Shown: one piece after another, positions 53,813 to 63,616 of the stretch
Layout of the letters: every line of letters starts with the position of its first letter
How positions within the stretch are numbered: the first letter of the stretch is position 1
Origin: Minisyncoccota bacterium
GTDB taxonomy: Bacteria > Patescibacteriota > Minisyncoccia > Phycocordibacterales > GWA1-40-21
DNA: 64,000 nucleotides
Reading direction: 5' to 3'
NCBI GenBank assembly: GCA_041663045.1
Contig: JBAZRH010000002.1
Span: forward strand, 7,179 to 71,178
Translations under genes and position numbers: made by a program
The notes under the pieces: model-generated
The model's input: only the letters and a program-made list of their open reading frames with translations
Told to the model about the DNA's origin: nothing
Databases searched by the model: none

Positions 53813-55732
53813 TTATTTCACCACCTTACCAGAATCTGAAGAATATTCCGGGTCACTCTTTGTGCCTGTCGTAACTGTCGCTCCATCTGCCCCAACTATA
53901 GTATTCGTAAATGTGTCAGTACCACTAAGCTCCACATTTTCTATAAGAGAAGGTTCACTTCCTACCTGACTCAAGCTTGGCGTTATAGAAACATTAAACG
54001 AAACTTCTCGTGAAGGAGATGTAAATCCCGCCCCAGCACCAATGTTTCCTATATTCCATATCACTCGCCCACTCTCTTGATCAAAAGATATATCTTCAGA
54101 AGATGGACTCGTCAGATTGTTCCATTTGATATAGTTTGGAAGTTGTCCTGTTACTTTCACACCACCAACGTCATTCAAAGAGTCCGTAACTGTCCAAATA
54201 ATAGTATAAGTTGTCTCTTGTTCAGCTTTCGGCGGGATAGGACCACTGTTTTCAAAAGGCCCCATCGATCTATACCCATTTGATACGATTCTTATGTCTG
54301 AGATTATTTTTACCCTCTTTGAATCAGAATACAGGAGCTCTTGTGGGACGCTCGCCCCCTGCACTCTCTTGCCTATTACACTTACATCCATGTAAATATC
54401 TGGGTTGGTAAAAGCAGATCCTGTCTTTGTCTGAGAGCTAAAAGAAGAGAAATTAAAAGATAATTCCCCCCCTGCCCCAGGAGCAATAGACGCCAGTGAT
54501 TCATTTGATGTTTTATCAAAAGTAATTAAATTATCAAGAGAATTATAAAAACCGTTTTGAACTTGAATGCTCGATTTATTCAATATGCCCCCTCTTAGCT
54601 TTATCTGAACAGAGACATCATATACTTGGCTTGGAAGATTGTTCTGCCAATAGATGTCTGCACGTGTTTGCTGACCGCTTTGTATTGCTACTTCTCGAGC
54701 ATTGTTTCCATTTATGGCAAGATTTATACCAATAAACGGTTTCTTGATTGAAACAGTACTTGAATACGCAGAAAATATAGTACCTATACTTCTCGTATCC
54801 AACTTGTCTGGCGTCCCTACAGTAAACTTAAATACTCTCTGTTCACCATCTTGGCCCTGAACCTTTCCAGATATCTTTACTATCCTTTTTTCACCTGGAG
54901 AAAGATCGCCAATATTCCAAACACTACTATCAAGTGAAGATGCTTGTGGAGAAGCAGATATAAAATCAAAACCAAAAGGATAGTCTGCCTTGAGCATCAA
55001 GTTTTTTATCACACTGAGAGAATTTGAGGAAATTTCAACATTAAAATCAAGCTTTTGATTTGAATTTATCTCATCAACACCGGTAACTTTCAAATTTACA
55101 GGAGCAGAACTTACGAGCACTGTGTATGTCTTTTCTTTATAGAAAATCGCATTTGAACCAGGGACTCTGTATTCAACAGTAAGTTTTATATCTCTTTGTG
55201 TATTTTCTTCACCAAAAATAACAGCTTTTATCAACCGCCTCTCGCTCTTACCGACATTTATATCGCCGAGAACTTCGCTGTATCTTGTGAGTGGAGTTGA
55301 AAGATCATCGGGGCTTCTCGTACCGTCTGGATATGCGATTTTTAAATCGACAACCTGAAGATTTACATTATTTTTGTTTTGAACTTCAATATCAAGAGGT
55401 AAGGTATCACCACCGGCGACAGAGACAGGGCCTCTTATCAGAATATCTATATTGTCCCCAGATATTAGATTACCACCAGCAAAAAATTTAAATGTGGCAA
55501 AACCAGCCGCCAGTACAAAGAAAATAAAGGTACCGAGAAGAATCTTAGTAAAAGGAAATTTAAAGTCTGACTCTTTATTCAGATCAGTGTTAGACCAATC
55601 AGTACTGACTCTTTCTATTCTTGGCTTCAAATCATGCCTTCTCTTGGCGACTACAGCGTCTACGTTTTGAGAATAAAGAGCTTCTTTTACCTCCTCTATC
55701 TTGTCTTTTTTATTTTCATCTTGCTCAAACAT
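53813..55732 (-). CDS. Hypothetical large membrane-anchored extracytoplasmic protein
   Basis: 639 aa with one TM helix near residue 65 and a beta-rich remainder. Confidence 0.4.
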   Translation of the reverse strand: MFEQDENKKDKIEEVKEALYSQNVDAVVAKRRHDLKPRIERVSTDWSNTDLNKESDFKFPFTKILLGTFIFFVLAAGFATFKFFAGGNLISGDNIDILIRGPVSVAGGDTLPLDIEVQNKNNVNLQVVDLKIAYPDGTRSPDDLSTPLTRYSEVLGDINVGKSERRLIKAVIFGEENTQRDIKLTVEYRVPGSNAIFYKEKTYTVLVSSAPVNLKVTGVDEINSNQKLDFNVEISSNSLSVIKNLMLKADYPFGFDFISASPQASSLDSSVWNIGDLSPGEKRIVKISGKVQGQDGEQRVFKFTVGTPDKLDTRSIGTIFSAYSSTVSIKKPFIGINLAINGNNAREVAIQSGQQTRADIYWQNNLPSQVYDVSVQIKLRGGILNKSSIQVQNGFYNSLDNLITFDKTSNESLASIAPGAGGELSFNFSSFSSQTKTGSAFTNPDIYMDVSVIGKRVQGASVPQELLYSDSKRVKIISDIRIVSNGYRSMGPFENSGPIPPKAEQETTYTIIWTVTDSLNDVGGVKVTGQLPNYIKWNNLTSPSSEDISFDQESGRVIWNIGNIGAGAGFTSPSREVSFNVSITPSLSQVGSEPSLIENVELSGTDTFTNTIVGADGATVTTGTKSDPEYSSDSGKVVK

Positions 55733-55764
55733 AAAGAAAATTGTTCACTTAATATTATACCATA

Positions 55765-56349
55765 TCAAAGGTGGGTTTCCTTGAGTGCCCTGTTTATTTC
55801 TGACACAGCTATTTTGTTCTTGGATGAAAAGTCAGAAAGTATTTCAGGAGTTAAATTCGTACCTTCTGCAAAACTAGTCAACCCTTCGGCTTTTTTTATG
55901 TATCCAAGGAAATGCATTATCCTCAAAACTGTCAGAGTTTCGACACTCTTCAACTCATCTGGAGAAAGGTCGGCATCTCGGCATAAAATATAAGCAGATT
56001 CTACACATTCAAAAAGTCTTTCATTTTTTTCTTCACCGTGAACGAGGCGTAAGAGTAGAGCAGATGCATTGAAAAGCACAGTGAGCTTGCCTTTATTTTT
56101 TATAACACCATTTTGCACTATCGCCTCGGCGTTTGTAATACGCCAAAGGTCTTTGCCTTTTACCACAGAAACTTTCGTCAGTGAAAAGACCTGCAAATGC
56201 CCCTTAAGTTTTGATTTTGCTAGTCGTACGCCTTGAGCCGTCGCTTTTATAAAACCCAAATCTCGTGTAAGCAAAAAATACAAGCGATTCGCCTCCCCCA
56301 TCGGTATACTTCGGACGATTATGGCCTCGGTGGTGTAGATATGGTGCAT
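55765..56349 (-). CDS. recO: DNA repair protein RecO (short form)
   Basis: N-terminal OB fold TEAIIVRSIPMGEANRLYFLLTRDLGFIKATAQGVRLAKSKLKGHLQVFS. Confidence 0.55.
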   Translation of the reverse strand: MHHIYTTEAIIVRSIPMGEANRLYFLLTRDLGFIKATAQGVRLAKSKLKGHLQVFSLTKVSVVKGKDLWRITNAEAIVQNGVIKNKGKLTVLFNASALLLRLVHGEEKNERLFECVESAYILCRDADLSPDELKSVETLTVLRIMHFLGYIKKAEGLTSFAEGTNLTPEILSDFSSKNKIAVSEINRALKETHL

Positions 56350-56512
56350 GATTGATTTTTAAGGAATGATAATGACTATATAAAATCATCACCCCGTGAA
56401 ATGCCGACATTGACGGCGTATTTCACTGGGGTTGTATAAATAATAACACAACAAAAAGAAAAGGCGTTGCCATGCATATAGCACAGCAACGCCTGTAATC
56501 ATATGACCGATC

Positions 56513-57274
56513 TCAAACCTTCTTCACCGCAAGGAATGAATGAGTTAGACCAATACCCAGTTTAGTTGCGACAAAATCAATTGGATACAGGCTAGGGCTC
56601 ATATCTGGGTTATTCCCCACAACCGCAGTAACAACATTAATAGGGCTTACCGTGTTCTCAGGAGGAAGCACAATGACTCTCCTCCCGACGCCATCGATTT
56701 TGGGGAAGTGGTACCTCATCAGATCGGTGCTATTTAACCAAATCCCAAAAGAACAAAACTGTCTCAACGATGGTGCCTTGTATCCCATACTTCGAATCGT
56801 GCTAAGTGTGAGTCCAAATGGCATGTCTTTCCAGAAGCGAATAATCCCAAATGTCGCCTCTTTACTACCATCATCAGATTCTTCGCAAAGAATCTTTCTT
56901 ACCCCAGAAACATTCATACAGTGCATACTAACACTCATACTAGTGTTCCGTCCCACAGCGAACAGTGCATCCACATCATATTCGGGAGTGTCAATTTGCA
57001 CAGTCTCAATAGACGGTGGGGTTTTCTCAACCATCTGAAGGGCAATACTGCTGAAGATTTCGTCCTGTTGATCCTGTGTTAAAGATCCAACAAGGAGTAA
57101 AACCTCTGGTGGAAGATTATTTCTCTCAAATGCTCTGACAAGGCAAGAGATGACATCTGCTCCACAACCATTTCCAAGCCTCATGGCTTCAAACAATGCC
57201 CTCTGACCACCGATTCTGATTATTTTCTGATACGTGGACATAGCTCGCTCCTTTCTTATGTACCAACCCCTCAC
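56513..57274 (-). CDS. Hypothetical protein, GC-elevated
   Basis: The probable start is the internal MSTYQKI. No recognised domain. Confidence 0.35.
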   Translation of the reverse strand: MRGWYIRKERAMSTYQKIIRIGGQRALFEAMRLGNGCGADVISCLVRAFERNNLPPEVLLLVGSLTQDQQDEIFSSIALQMVEKTPPSIETVQIDTPEYDVDALFAVGRNTSMSVSMHCMNVSGVRKILCEESDDGSKEATFGIIRFWKDMPFGLTLSTIRSMGYKAPSLRQFCSFGIWLNSTDLMRYHFPKIDGVGRRVIVLPPENTVSPINVVTAVVGNNPDMSPSLYPIDFVATKLGIGLTHSFLAVKKV

Positions 57275-57366
57275 CCAAGCGTCGTGCTCGAGCCCCAGGT
57301 CGGATTTGTAGTGAACTTGCCCAAAGAAACATTACTCCCGAAGAGTTTCAAAGTCAAACACAAAAG

Positions 57367-57405
57367 GGCGTCCCCCACCCGTGCACAGGTGGTGGACGCC
57401 TCTTT
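57367..57405 (-). terminator. Strong GC hairpin downstream of ileS (ggcgtccccca...ggtggtggacgcc)
   Basis: The inverted repeat ggcgtcc / ggacgcc with inner ccacc/ggtgg pairing lies 45 nt past the ileS stop. Confidence 0.5.
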
Positions 57406-57449
57406 GCTTTGTATTTGTTCTGTACTTGGCTATACGATAGCCAAGTAGA

Positions 57450-60400
57450 TTAATTTATCTTAATCGTCATCTTCATTCCCTCTATCACCACTTCCTTTCC
57501 ATCTTTTACTTCCCCAAATTTTATATCTTTCAGCCCTGTGACTTTTTTTATTTCAGCCGAATATTTTTCCAAAATCTTCTTGCCAACTTCATCTGTATCT
57601 ACAACAAGCCCGACAATATCATTAGGATTCAATTTACTTTCTTTTCTCAATTCTTGTATCGAGCGGACAATATCTCTCATCATTCCTTCTTCTTTTAGCT
57701 CTGGGGTAATATTCGTATCAAGTTCGAAGGGTGCTCCATCTTGTGATATGTTTTCATCTAGAACAACTTCTTTAACATTTACTTCGTCTCTTATTATAGG
57801 AGATACTTCATCCCAGAAATTAGGTTTTTTTAAAGAGTGTTTAATTGTTAGTCTAGCCAGAGGCTGGCGAACTTTTATTCCAAGCTCTGCACGTTTCATT
57901 AATGCCATATTGACATAGCTTCTCGCCAGGCTCATCGTGGCGAGAATATCTTTCTCTTCTTGAGAAAGCTCCACCACATACTCCTCCGGCCAGCTGTCCA
58001 AATGCACACTGAGCTTTTCACCGCCGATTTTTTTATACAAATCTTCCGCCAAAAACGGCATCGATGGTGCAATAAGCTTCGACAATGTAAGTATCACTTC
58101 TTTCGTGGTCGCTATTGCCGAATCTCGGTCTGCTAAATCATCTGACTTGAATCTATCGCGTGATCTCCTCAAATACCACGTCGAAAGGTCTTCCACAAAA
58201 TCATTTATCGGCCAAGTGGCTCTATCAAGCTCGTATTTTTCGGTAGAATTCGTCATTTGCAAAGCTGTCTCTTTCAATCTCGCCAAAACCCATTTATCCA
58301 AGATATTTTTTGTCTCTTGTTTTTCGCTTTTCGTTTTTCGTTTTTCGTTTTCTGTGTACATCTCATAGAAAGAATAAACATTTTGCAATCTCATTATCAC
58401 TTTCTTCACCACTTCATCCACGCCTTTGTCCGAAAAATACAAATCCTGCGCCTTTATAACCGGCGAGGAAAGTAAATAATATCTCATGGCATCGGCACTG
58501 TATTTGTCCACAAGAAGCATCGGAGCTGTATAATTCTTTAATCTCTTGGCCATCTTTTGACCATCCTCTGCAAGCACAATACCGTTTACCACCACATTTT
58601 TATATGAAGCTTCGCCAAAAAGCGCGACAGAAAGCACGAGCATAGAGTAAAACCATCCTCTTGTCTGATCAAGACCTTCAGCGATGAAATCTGCTGGATA
58701 TCCAATACCCTTTTCCGGATTAAACTTTTTCAAATCACCAAATGGATAATGCGATTCTGCATAAGGCATCGAGCCCGACTCAAACCAGCAATCAAAAACT
58801 TCCGGTATGCGACGCATTTTGTCTCCGCAAGCGCAAGCCATTTCCAATTCATCTATAAACGGTCTGTGCAAATCCAATTCATGATTCCTATTGTGCGGAA
58901 TCGGGGCAAATTGCAATTCTTTCACTTCACCATTGTATACAAAAGGCTTGCCTGCTTCTCTTACCGCCATCAATTCTTTTGGTGTCATACCCACCGCTCC
59001 ACCAAACATAAGCCAAATAGGAGTATTATGGGAAACTATCAAGATTTTCTTTCCTTCATGCTTCTGATTTATTTCATATAAGAAATCCGTCATCCTCTTT
59101 TTGACTGCCATATAATTCTCTCCCCCTTCCGGTGTTTTCCAAAACTTCGCTTCACGCGATTCGAAAAATGCCTGATATTCCGCATCCGGTTTACCGTCAA
59201 GCACTCCCACAAATATTTCATGTAGACGAGAGTCATAAACAATTTTATCTTTTGAATATCCAATACCGTCGGCGATGATCTCTGCAGTTTCTTTTGTTCT
59301 CAAAAATGGAGAGCAATATATAATATCGATATCGGTCTTAGATTTCTTCAGATTTTCTCCCGCTTCCTTCGCCTGTTCTCTGCCATTGTCCGTAAGATGA
59401 TGCTGGGTCTTTGGATTTGAACTCAAAATTCCCAAGACATTGCTTTCCGCCTCGCCGTGTCTTACAACAAAAAATCTATTATCTCTTGTCGTTTTCTTTT
59501 TTATATCATCTATCGAGCCGACAAATATTTTACCTTCGCATTTATTACATCTCCATACAGGGAGCGGTGCGCCCCAGAATCTTGAACGAGAGATTGCCCA
59601 GTCGCGAGCGCCTTCAAGCCATTTGCCGAATCTCCCCTCACCGATTTCGGGTGGAACCCACTTTATTTCCTGATTAGCTTTTATCAAATCACTTTTTATC
59701 TTTGTAACTTCCACAAACCAAGAGCTCGAAGCGTAATTTATGAGCGGAGTGTCGCATCTATAGCAATGCGGATATGAATGCGTGAATTTTTCTTTCGAGA
59801 AAATCGTCCCCGCTTTTGCAAGATATTTTATAATTTCAATATCGGCTTTTTGCGGATCTTCTTTTGGTTTCACTTGTCCGGAAAAATCTTTGACTTCATG
59901 CTTAAATGCACCGTCCATACCAACATGCTGAATAAAGGGAAGTTTCTTTTCCCTACCAAGATTCATATCGTCTTCACCAAAAGCTGGAGCAATGTGCACG
60001 ATACCCGTGCCGTCTTCTGTCGTCACAAAATCCGCTCCGTAAACTTTGAAACCGTTTTCTTTATTTTTTAATTTATCATTATTGTAATAATCAAAAAGAG
60101 GTTTGTAAGATTTGCCGACAAGTTTTTTACCAGAAACTTTTTCTAGTATCTCGTAAGGTTCTTTGATTATTCCAAGCCTGGATTCCGCGAGAATATAATT
60201 CTCCTCACCCATTTTTATCTTCACATATTCTATATCTGGATTCACCGCCAAAGCGACATTTCCCGGCAAAGTCCAAGGGGTGGTCGTCCAAGCCAAAAAG
60301 AAGGTTTGGGGCTCGTCTAGAAGCTCAAATTTGGCCGTCACAGAGATGTCGGTGATATCCTTGTATCCTTGACTGACTTCAAAATTCGACAGTGTTGTAC

Positions 60401-60986
60401 CGCATTGTGGGCAGAGATGCATAGATTTAAAACCCTCGTAAACTAGCCCTTTTTCTTGTAGTTTTTTGAAAGCCCACCAAACACTTTCTGTGTATGAAGA
60501 ATCCATCGTCCTGTAATCATTTTCCATATCCACAAAACGCCCCATTCTCGGAACAATTTTCTTCCAATCATTTACATAAGTAAAAACTTTTGATCGCGCA
60601 AGATCATTAAATTTCTCCAAACCAAAATCTTCAATATCTTTTCTTGATTTGAGGCCGATTTCTTCCTGAACAATATTTTCCACCGGCAATCCGTGGCAAT
60701 CCCAACCCCAACGCCTCGGCACGTGGTATCCGCGCATAGTTTTATATCTACCGACAAAGTCTTTCATCGTGCCGGCAAGAATATGTCCAAAATGTGGAAG
60801 ACCTGTGGCAAATGGAGGTCCGTCATAGAAAACATACTCGCCTTTCGGCGCTTCTTTTTCCAGAGTCTTTTCGAAAATTTTATTTTCCTGCCAGAATTTC
60901 AGGACTTCTTCTTCTTTCAATGCGAGCTTAGATTTATCACTAGCCTTTTGAGCTTTATCTTCGCCCATCGCTTTATTCACTTTCAT
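57450..60986 (-). CDS. ileS: Isoleucyl-tRNA synthetase with an inserted histidine-phosphatase (RHG / PGM-like) domain
   Basis: HIGH motif (PHFGH), KMSKS, editing domain, and Zn knuckles (CYRC, CNKC, CAC). Between CNKC and the DVWFDSG-equivalent (EVFDCWFESG) lie about 210 aa. This insert carries FVVRHGEAESN near its start and LIVSHNTPI near its end, the two catalytic-His motifs of the histidine phosphatase superfamily. Confidence 0.8.
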   Translation of the reverse strand: MKVNKAMGEDKAQKASDKSKLALKEEEVLKFWQENKIFEKTLEKEAPKGEYVFYDGPPFATGLPHFGHILAGTMKDFVGRYKTMRGYHVPRRWGWDCHGLPVENIVQEEIGLKSRKDIEDFGLEKFNDLARSKVFTYVNDWKKIVPRMGRFVDMENDYRTMDSSYTESVWWAFKKLQEKGLVYEGFKSMHLCPQCGTTLSNFEVSQGYKDITDISVTAKFELLDEPQTFFLAWTTTPWTLPGNVALAVNPDIEYVKIKMGEENYILAESRLGIIKEPYEILEKVSGKKLVGKSYKPLFDYYNNDKLKNKENGFKVYGADFVTTEDGTGIVHIAPAFGEDDMNLGREKKLPFIQHVGMDGAFKHEVKDFSGQVKPKEDPQKADIEIIKYLAKAGTIFSKEKFTHSYPHCYRCDTPLINYASSSWFVEVTKIKSDLIKANQEIKWVPPEIGEGRFGKWLEGARDWAISRSRFWGAPLPVWRCNKCEGKIFVGSIDDIKKKTTRDNRFFVVRHGEAESNVLGILSSNPKTQHHLTDNGREQAKEAGENLKKSKTDIDIIYCSPFLRTKETAEIIADGIGYSKDKIVYDSRLHEIFVGVLDGKPDAEYQAFFESREAKFWKTPEGGENYMAVKKRMTDFLYEINQKHEGKKILIVSHNTPIWLMFGGAVGMTPKELMAVREAGKPFVYNGEVKELQFAPIPHNRNHELDLHRPFIDELEMACACGDKMRRIPEVFDCWFESGSMPYAESHYPFGDLKKFNPEKGIGYPADFIAEGLDQTRGWFYSMLVLSVALFGEASYKNVVVNGIVLAEDGQKMAKRLKNYTAPMLLVDKYSADAMRYYLLSSPVIKAQDLYFSDKGVDEVVKKVIMRLQNVYSFYEMYTENEKRKTKSEKQETKNILDKWVLARLKETALQMTNSTEKYELDRATWPINDFVEDLSTWYLRRSRDRFKSDDLADRDSAIATTKEVILTLSKLIAPSMPFLAEDLYKKIGGEKLSVHLDSWPEEYVVELSQEEKDILATMSLARSYVNMALMKRAELGIKVRQPLARLTIKHSLKKPNFWDEVSPIIRDEVNVKEVVLDENISQDGAPFELDTNITPELKEEGMMRDIVRSIQELRKESKLNPNDIVGLVVDTDEVGKKILEKYSAEIKKVTGLKDIKFGEVKDGKEVVIEGMKMTIKIN

Positions 60987-61020
60987 GAATAAGATTGTAG
61001 CAGATTTTTATATAAAAAAA

Positions 61021-61047
61021 CAGCGCTTCCCTGGCGGGAAGCGCTTT
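61021..61047 (-). terminator. Intrinsic terminator (cagcgcttccc tggc gggaagcgctg + U7 on the minus strand)
   Basis: 11-bp stem followed by ttttttt, at the downstream end of the GC-rich segment. Confidence 0.65.
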
Positions 61048-61077
61048 GAAGGTAGATATTACTCTATCTTCTGATCT

Positions 61078-61580
61078 TTCTTTGGCGGAACACCCCAGTG
61101 GATGTGGCACCAAGAGAAATGTCTCTGCAGACTGCTCCTTTACCAATACGTTCTTGGAGTTGCCTCTTGAGAACACCTCTTTCTTTAAGAGACATAAATG
61201 TCGATTTCCGTCTTTTCCCTATACCCTTCATTTTCACCTCCTTATTCCGAGATACACTGACGAGGGATTTTATGAACACTCGGCGATTCCAGATGCTGGC
61301 ACTTACCTGCACGCTGGCTGGTCGTCCTAGGATTCAGTGGATGTGGTCGGAAAAAAGCATTTACAAATCCAGACCCTTTCCTGGCTTTCACCCACTTTCT
61401 GAATTCCTTGGTTCCACCGGGTGGAAACGGCTTTCGTCGCTTATTCACTCCCACTCTCCTCCAAGACAGGATTCTTCGGCATCGGAAACGCCCCTCCAGC
61501 GACCACGCCCAAATGAGGGTGGTCTTCTGGGGAATCTGCGACTTCCTCACAGACCGGCTCTTTCCCCAAGCCAAGCAATT
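61078..61580 (-). ncRNA. Candidate RNase P RNA (rnpB) or other structured RNA; GC-rich (about 50%) segment with no convincing ORF
   Basis: The minus-strand transcript contains GAGGAAGUCGCAGAUUCC (resembling P4/CR-I AGGAAAGUCCGGGCUCC) and CAGAAAGUGGGUGAAAGCCAG (resembling CR-II CAGGUAAGGGUGAAAGGGUG). The ends pair (UUGGC / GCCAA), and a strong terminator follows. Both strands carry only short overlapping ORFs. Confidence 0.35.
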
Positions 61581-61711
61581 TCATTAGCCTGTTCGTTGTA
61601 GGTCCATATTGTTTCGGCATTATTTCTCCTATTGTTTGGTTGTTTTTGTACAAATCTGTTCCTAAAAGATATTAACCCGAGAAGATATTTGTGTCAATAG
61701 TTCCGTAATAT

Positions 61712-61797
61712 TTCAATAGCTTGTCATTCCCGTGGAAACGGGAATCCAGTTCTGGCTTCTGGATCCCAGATCTAGTCTGGGATGACAGAAAAGAAAT
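61712..61797. repeat. Cloverleaf-like four-stem element, copy B
   Basis: ttgtcattcccgtggaaacgggaatccagttctggcttctggatcccagatctagtctgggatgacag has the same architecture as 48268-48345. It lies between the argS stop and the GC-rich segment. Confidence 0.5.
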
Positions 61798-61801
61798 ATG
61801 A

Positions 61802-63565
61802 CTACATCTTCTCCGGTGCCTTTATACCTAGCAGATTAAGACCATTTTTCAAAACCACAGTAAACGCTTCCGTAAGCGCCACTTTATAAGAAGAGTTTTT
61901 GTCTTCTTTATCTACTATCTTCCCTTTCGCATAAAAACCATTGAAAGACGAAGCAAGCTGTATCAAATATGTAGCAATATGATTTGGCGCATAGTCCTTC
62001 CCCGCCCTTTCCACTATTTCAGGAAATCTATAAAGCATTTTTTCTAACTCAAATATTTCGTGTCCCCTTTCTTTCGTATTTCCGGAAATTCTTTCATCCT
62101 TCGCTTTTCTCAAAACAGATTTCGCTCTGGCATATGAATATTGCAAGTATGGCCCGGAGTCCCCTTCAAAAGAAATCGATTTATCGAAATCAAAAATAAT
62201 ATCTTTTCCGGTCACCTGTTTTAATATTGAATATTTGAGAGCTCCAACCGAGACTTCTTCAGAGACTTTCTCTCTTTCTTTCTCTGACATTTCTCTCCCT
62301 TTCATCTTTTCTTTGATTGTATCCTTGATTTTATCAATCAGAGATACTGCAGTCACAACCTGACCCGTCCTTGAAGACATCTTGCCGGTCGGTAGTCTAA
62401 GCATGCCGTGAGACAAATGTACTGTCTTTACGGCCAATTCTGGGAAGACAAGACTCATTGCTTTCAATAAGACTTTGAAATATTCATTAATCTCATTGCC
62501 TGTTATGACAATTGATTTATCGTATTTAGTTTTATCATATTTAATCTTTGCAAGGCCCAACTCTTTTGCCTCATAAGTTGGAAGTCCTTCTTTGTTTATA
62601 AATACACGAGTATGTAAACCGTAATTCTCCCCTCTAAAAATTATCGCTCCGTCGCTCTTTTCAAAAACTTTCCCTATATTTTTTTCGACGATTTCTTTCC
62701 CAAAAGGACCAGTCTCACTTTCGAAGAATTTATTATCAAAACTTGTCCCTAGAATTTTATATATGTCTTCAAAGTATTCTAAACTAATCTTTCTACCCCA
62801 TTTATATACTTTATTTGCTAAAGGGTCAGATCCATCATAGATATTCTTGTTTATCTTTAAAATATCTGCTTTCGCAGCTAAGTCCCCTTCGTAAGCTTCT
62901 GCACCATACACATACGCCTCACCTAGAGATGAGGCTGAGTATTTTTTATCTGAGAATAATTTATCGATGTCTGGTTGCAAGACAATGATTCCATAAATAG
63001 CTTTGGCCACATGCAAACCCACATCACCCTGATAACAGGCACGCTTTACGTTTGCCCCGTTTGCTTCAATTATTCTTGAGACAGCCTCACCGATAGAATT
63101 ACTCATCAAGTGACCAATATGAAATTCTTTAAAGGGGTTTGGGTCAGTATACTCAACTACGATTTTCTGACTTCTCAGATCTTTATTTTTTCCGAACTTC
63201 TCACCAGATTTCAAAATCTCTTTCACACTATCCGTAAAAAAGTTTTTGGAGAGATAGAAATTTATAAAGCCCGGGTCGGCAACTTCTATTTTTTCTATTT
63301 CGGCGGGTTTCCTTTCCAAAATCTCGGCTTTGATCTTTTCGGCAAACTCACGCGGATTTTCTGCCACAGCTTTGGCAAGTATCATGGCAATATTTGAAGA
63401 ATAATCCCCATGCGAAATATCTTCCGGATGTTCCAGGTTAATTTTTGGTATCTTGCTTTCCTCTATTTGAAGCTCCCAAAGAGCCGTCTTTATAGCATTT
63501 TCCAATATATCGCGAATCATATGGGTTAATAATACGCTATTTTCCATAAAAATCCAGAATATCAT
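61802..63565 (-). CDS. argS: Arginyl-tRNA synthetase
   Basis: Class I HIGH-like FHIGHLMSN, KMSSRTG (KMSKS variant), and a DALR anticodon-binding C-terminus. Confidence 0.85.
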   Translation of the reverse strand: MIFWIFMENSVLLTHMIRDILENAIKTALWELQIEESKIPKINLEHPEDISHGDYSSNIAMILAKAVAENPREFAEKIKAEILERKPAEIEKIEVADPGFINFYLSKNFFTDSVKEILKSGEKFGKNKDLRSQKIVVEYTDPNPFKEFHIGHLMSNSIGEAVSRIIEANGANVKRACYQGDVGLHVAKAIYGIIVLQPDIDKLFSDKKYSASSLGEAYVYGAEAYEGDLAAKADILKINKNIYDGSDPLANKVYKWGRKISLEYFEDIYKILGTSFDNKFFESETGPFGKEIVEKNIGKVFEKSDGAIIFRGENYGLHTRVFINKEGLPTYEAKELGLAKIKYDKTKYDKSIVITGNEINEYFKVLLKAMSLVFPELAVKTVHLSHGMLRLPTGKMSSRTGQVVTAVSLIDKIKDTIKEKMKGREMSEKEREKVSEEVSVGALKYSILKQVTGKDIIFDFDKSISFEGDSGPYLQYSYARAKSVLRKAKDERISGNTKERGHEIFELEKMLYRFPEIVERAGKDYAPNHIATYLIQLASSFNGFYAKGKIVDKEDKNSSYKVALTEAFTVVLKNGLNLLGIKAPEKM

Positions 63566-63616
63566 CGTCGGGGCTGTTGTAGTATAATTGTAGTATTAAT
63601 AACTAATCAAAATACT

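Noticed and set aside
61046-61653. Short overlapping ORFs in the GC-rich segment (61046..61330, 61098..61601, 61064..61312, 61242..61574, 61441..61653)
   Set aside because: They overlap each other on both strands and give Pro/Ser/Arg-rich low-complexity translations, as expected from GC-rich non-coding RNA. Two have SD-ATG contexts, but the peptides match no family.
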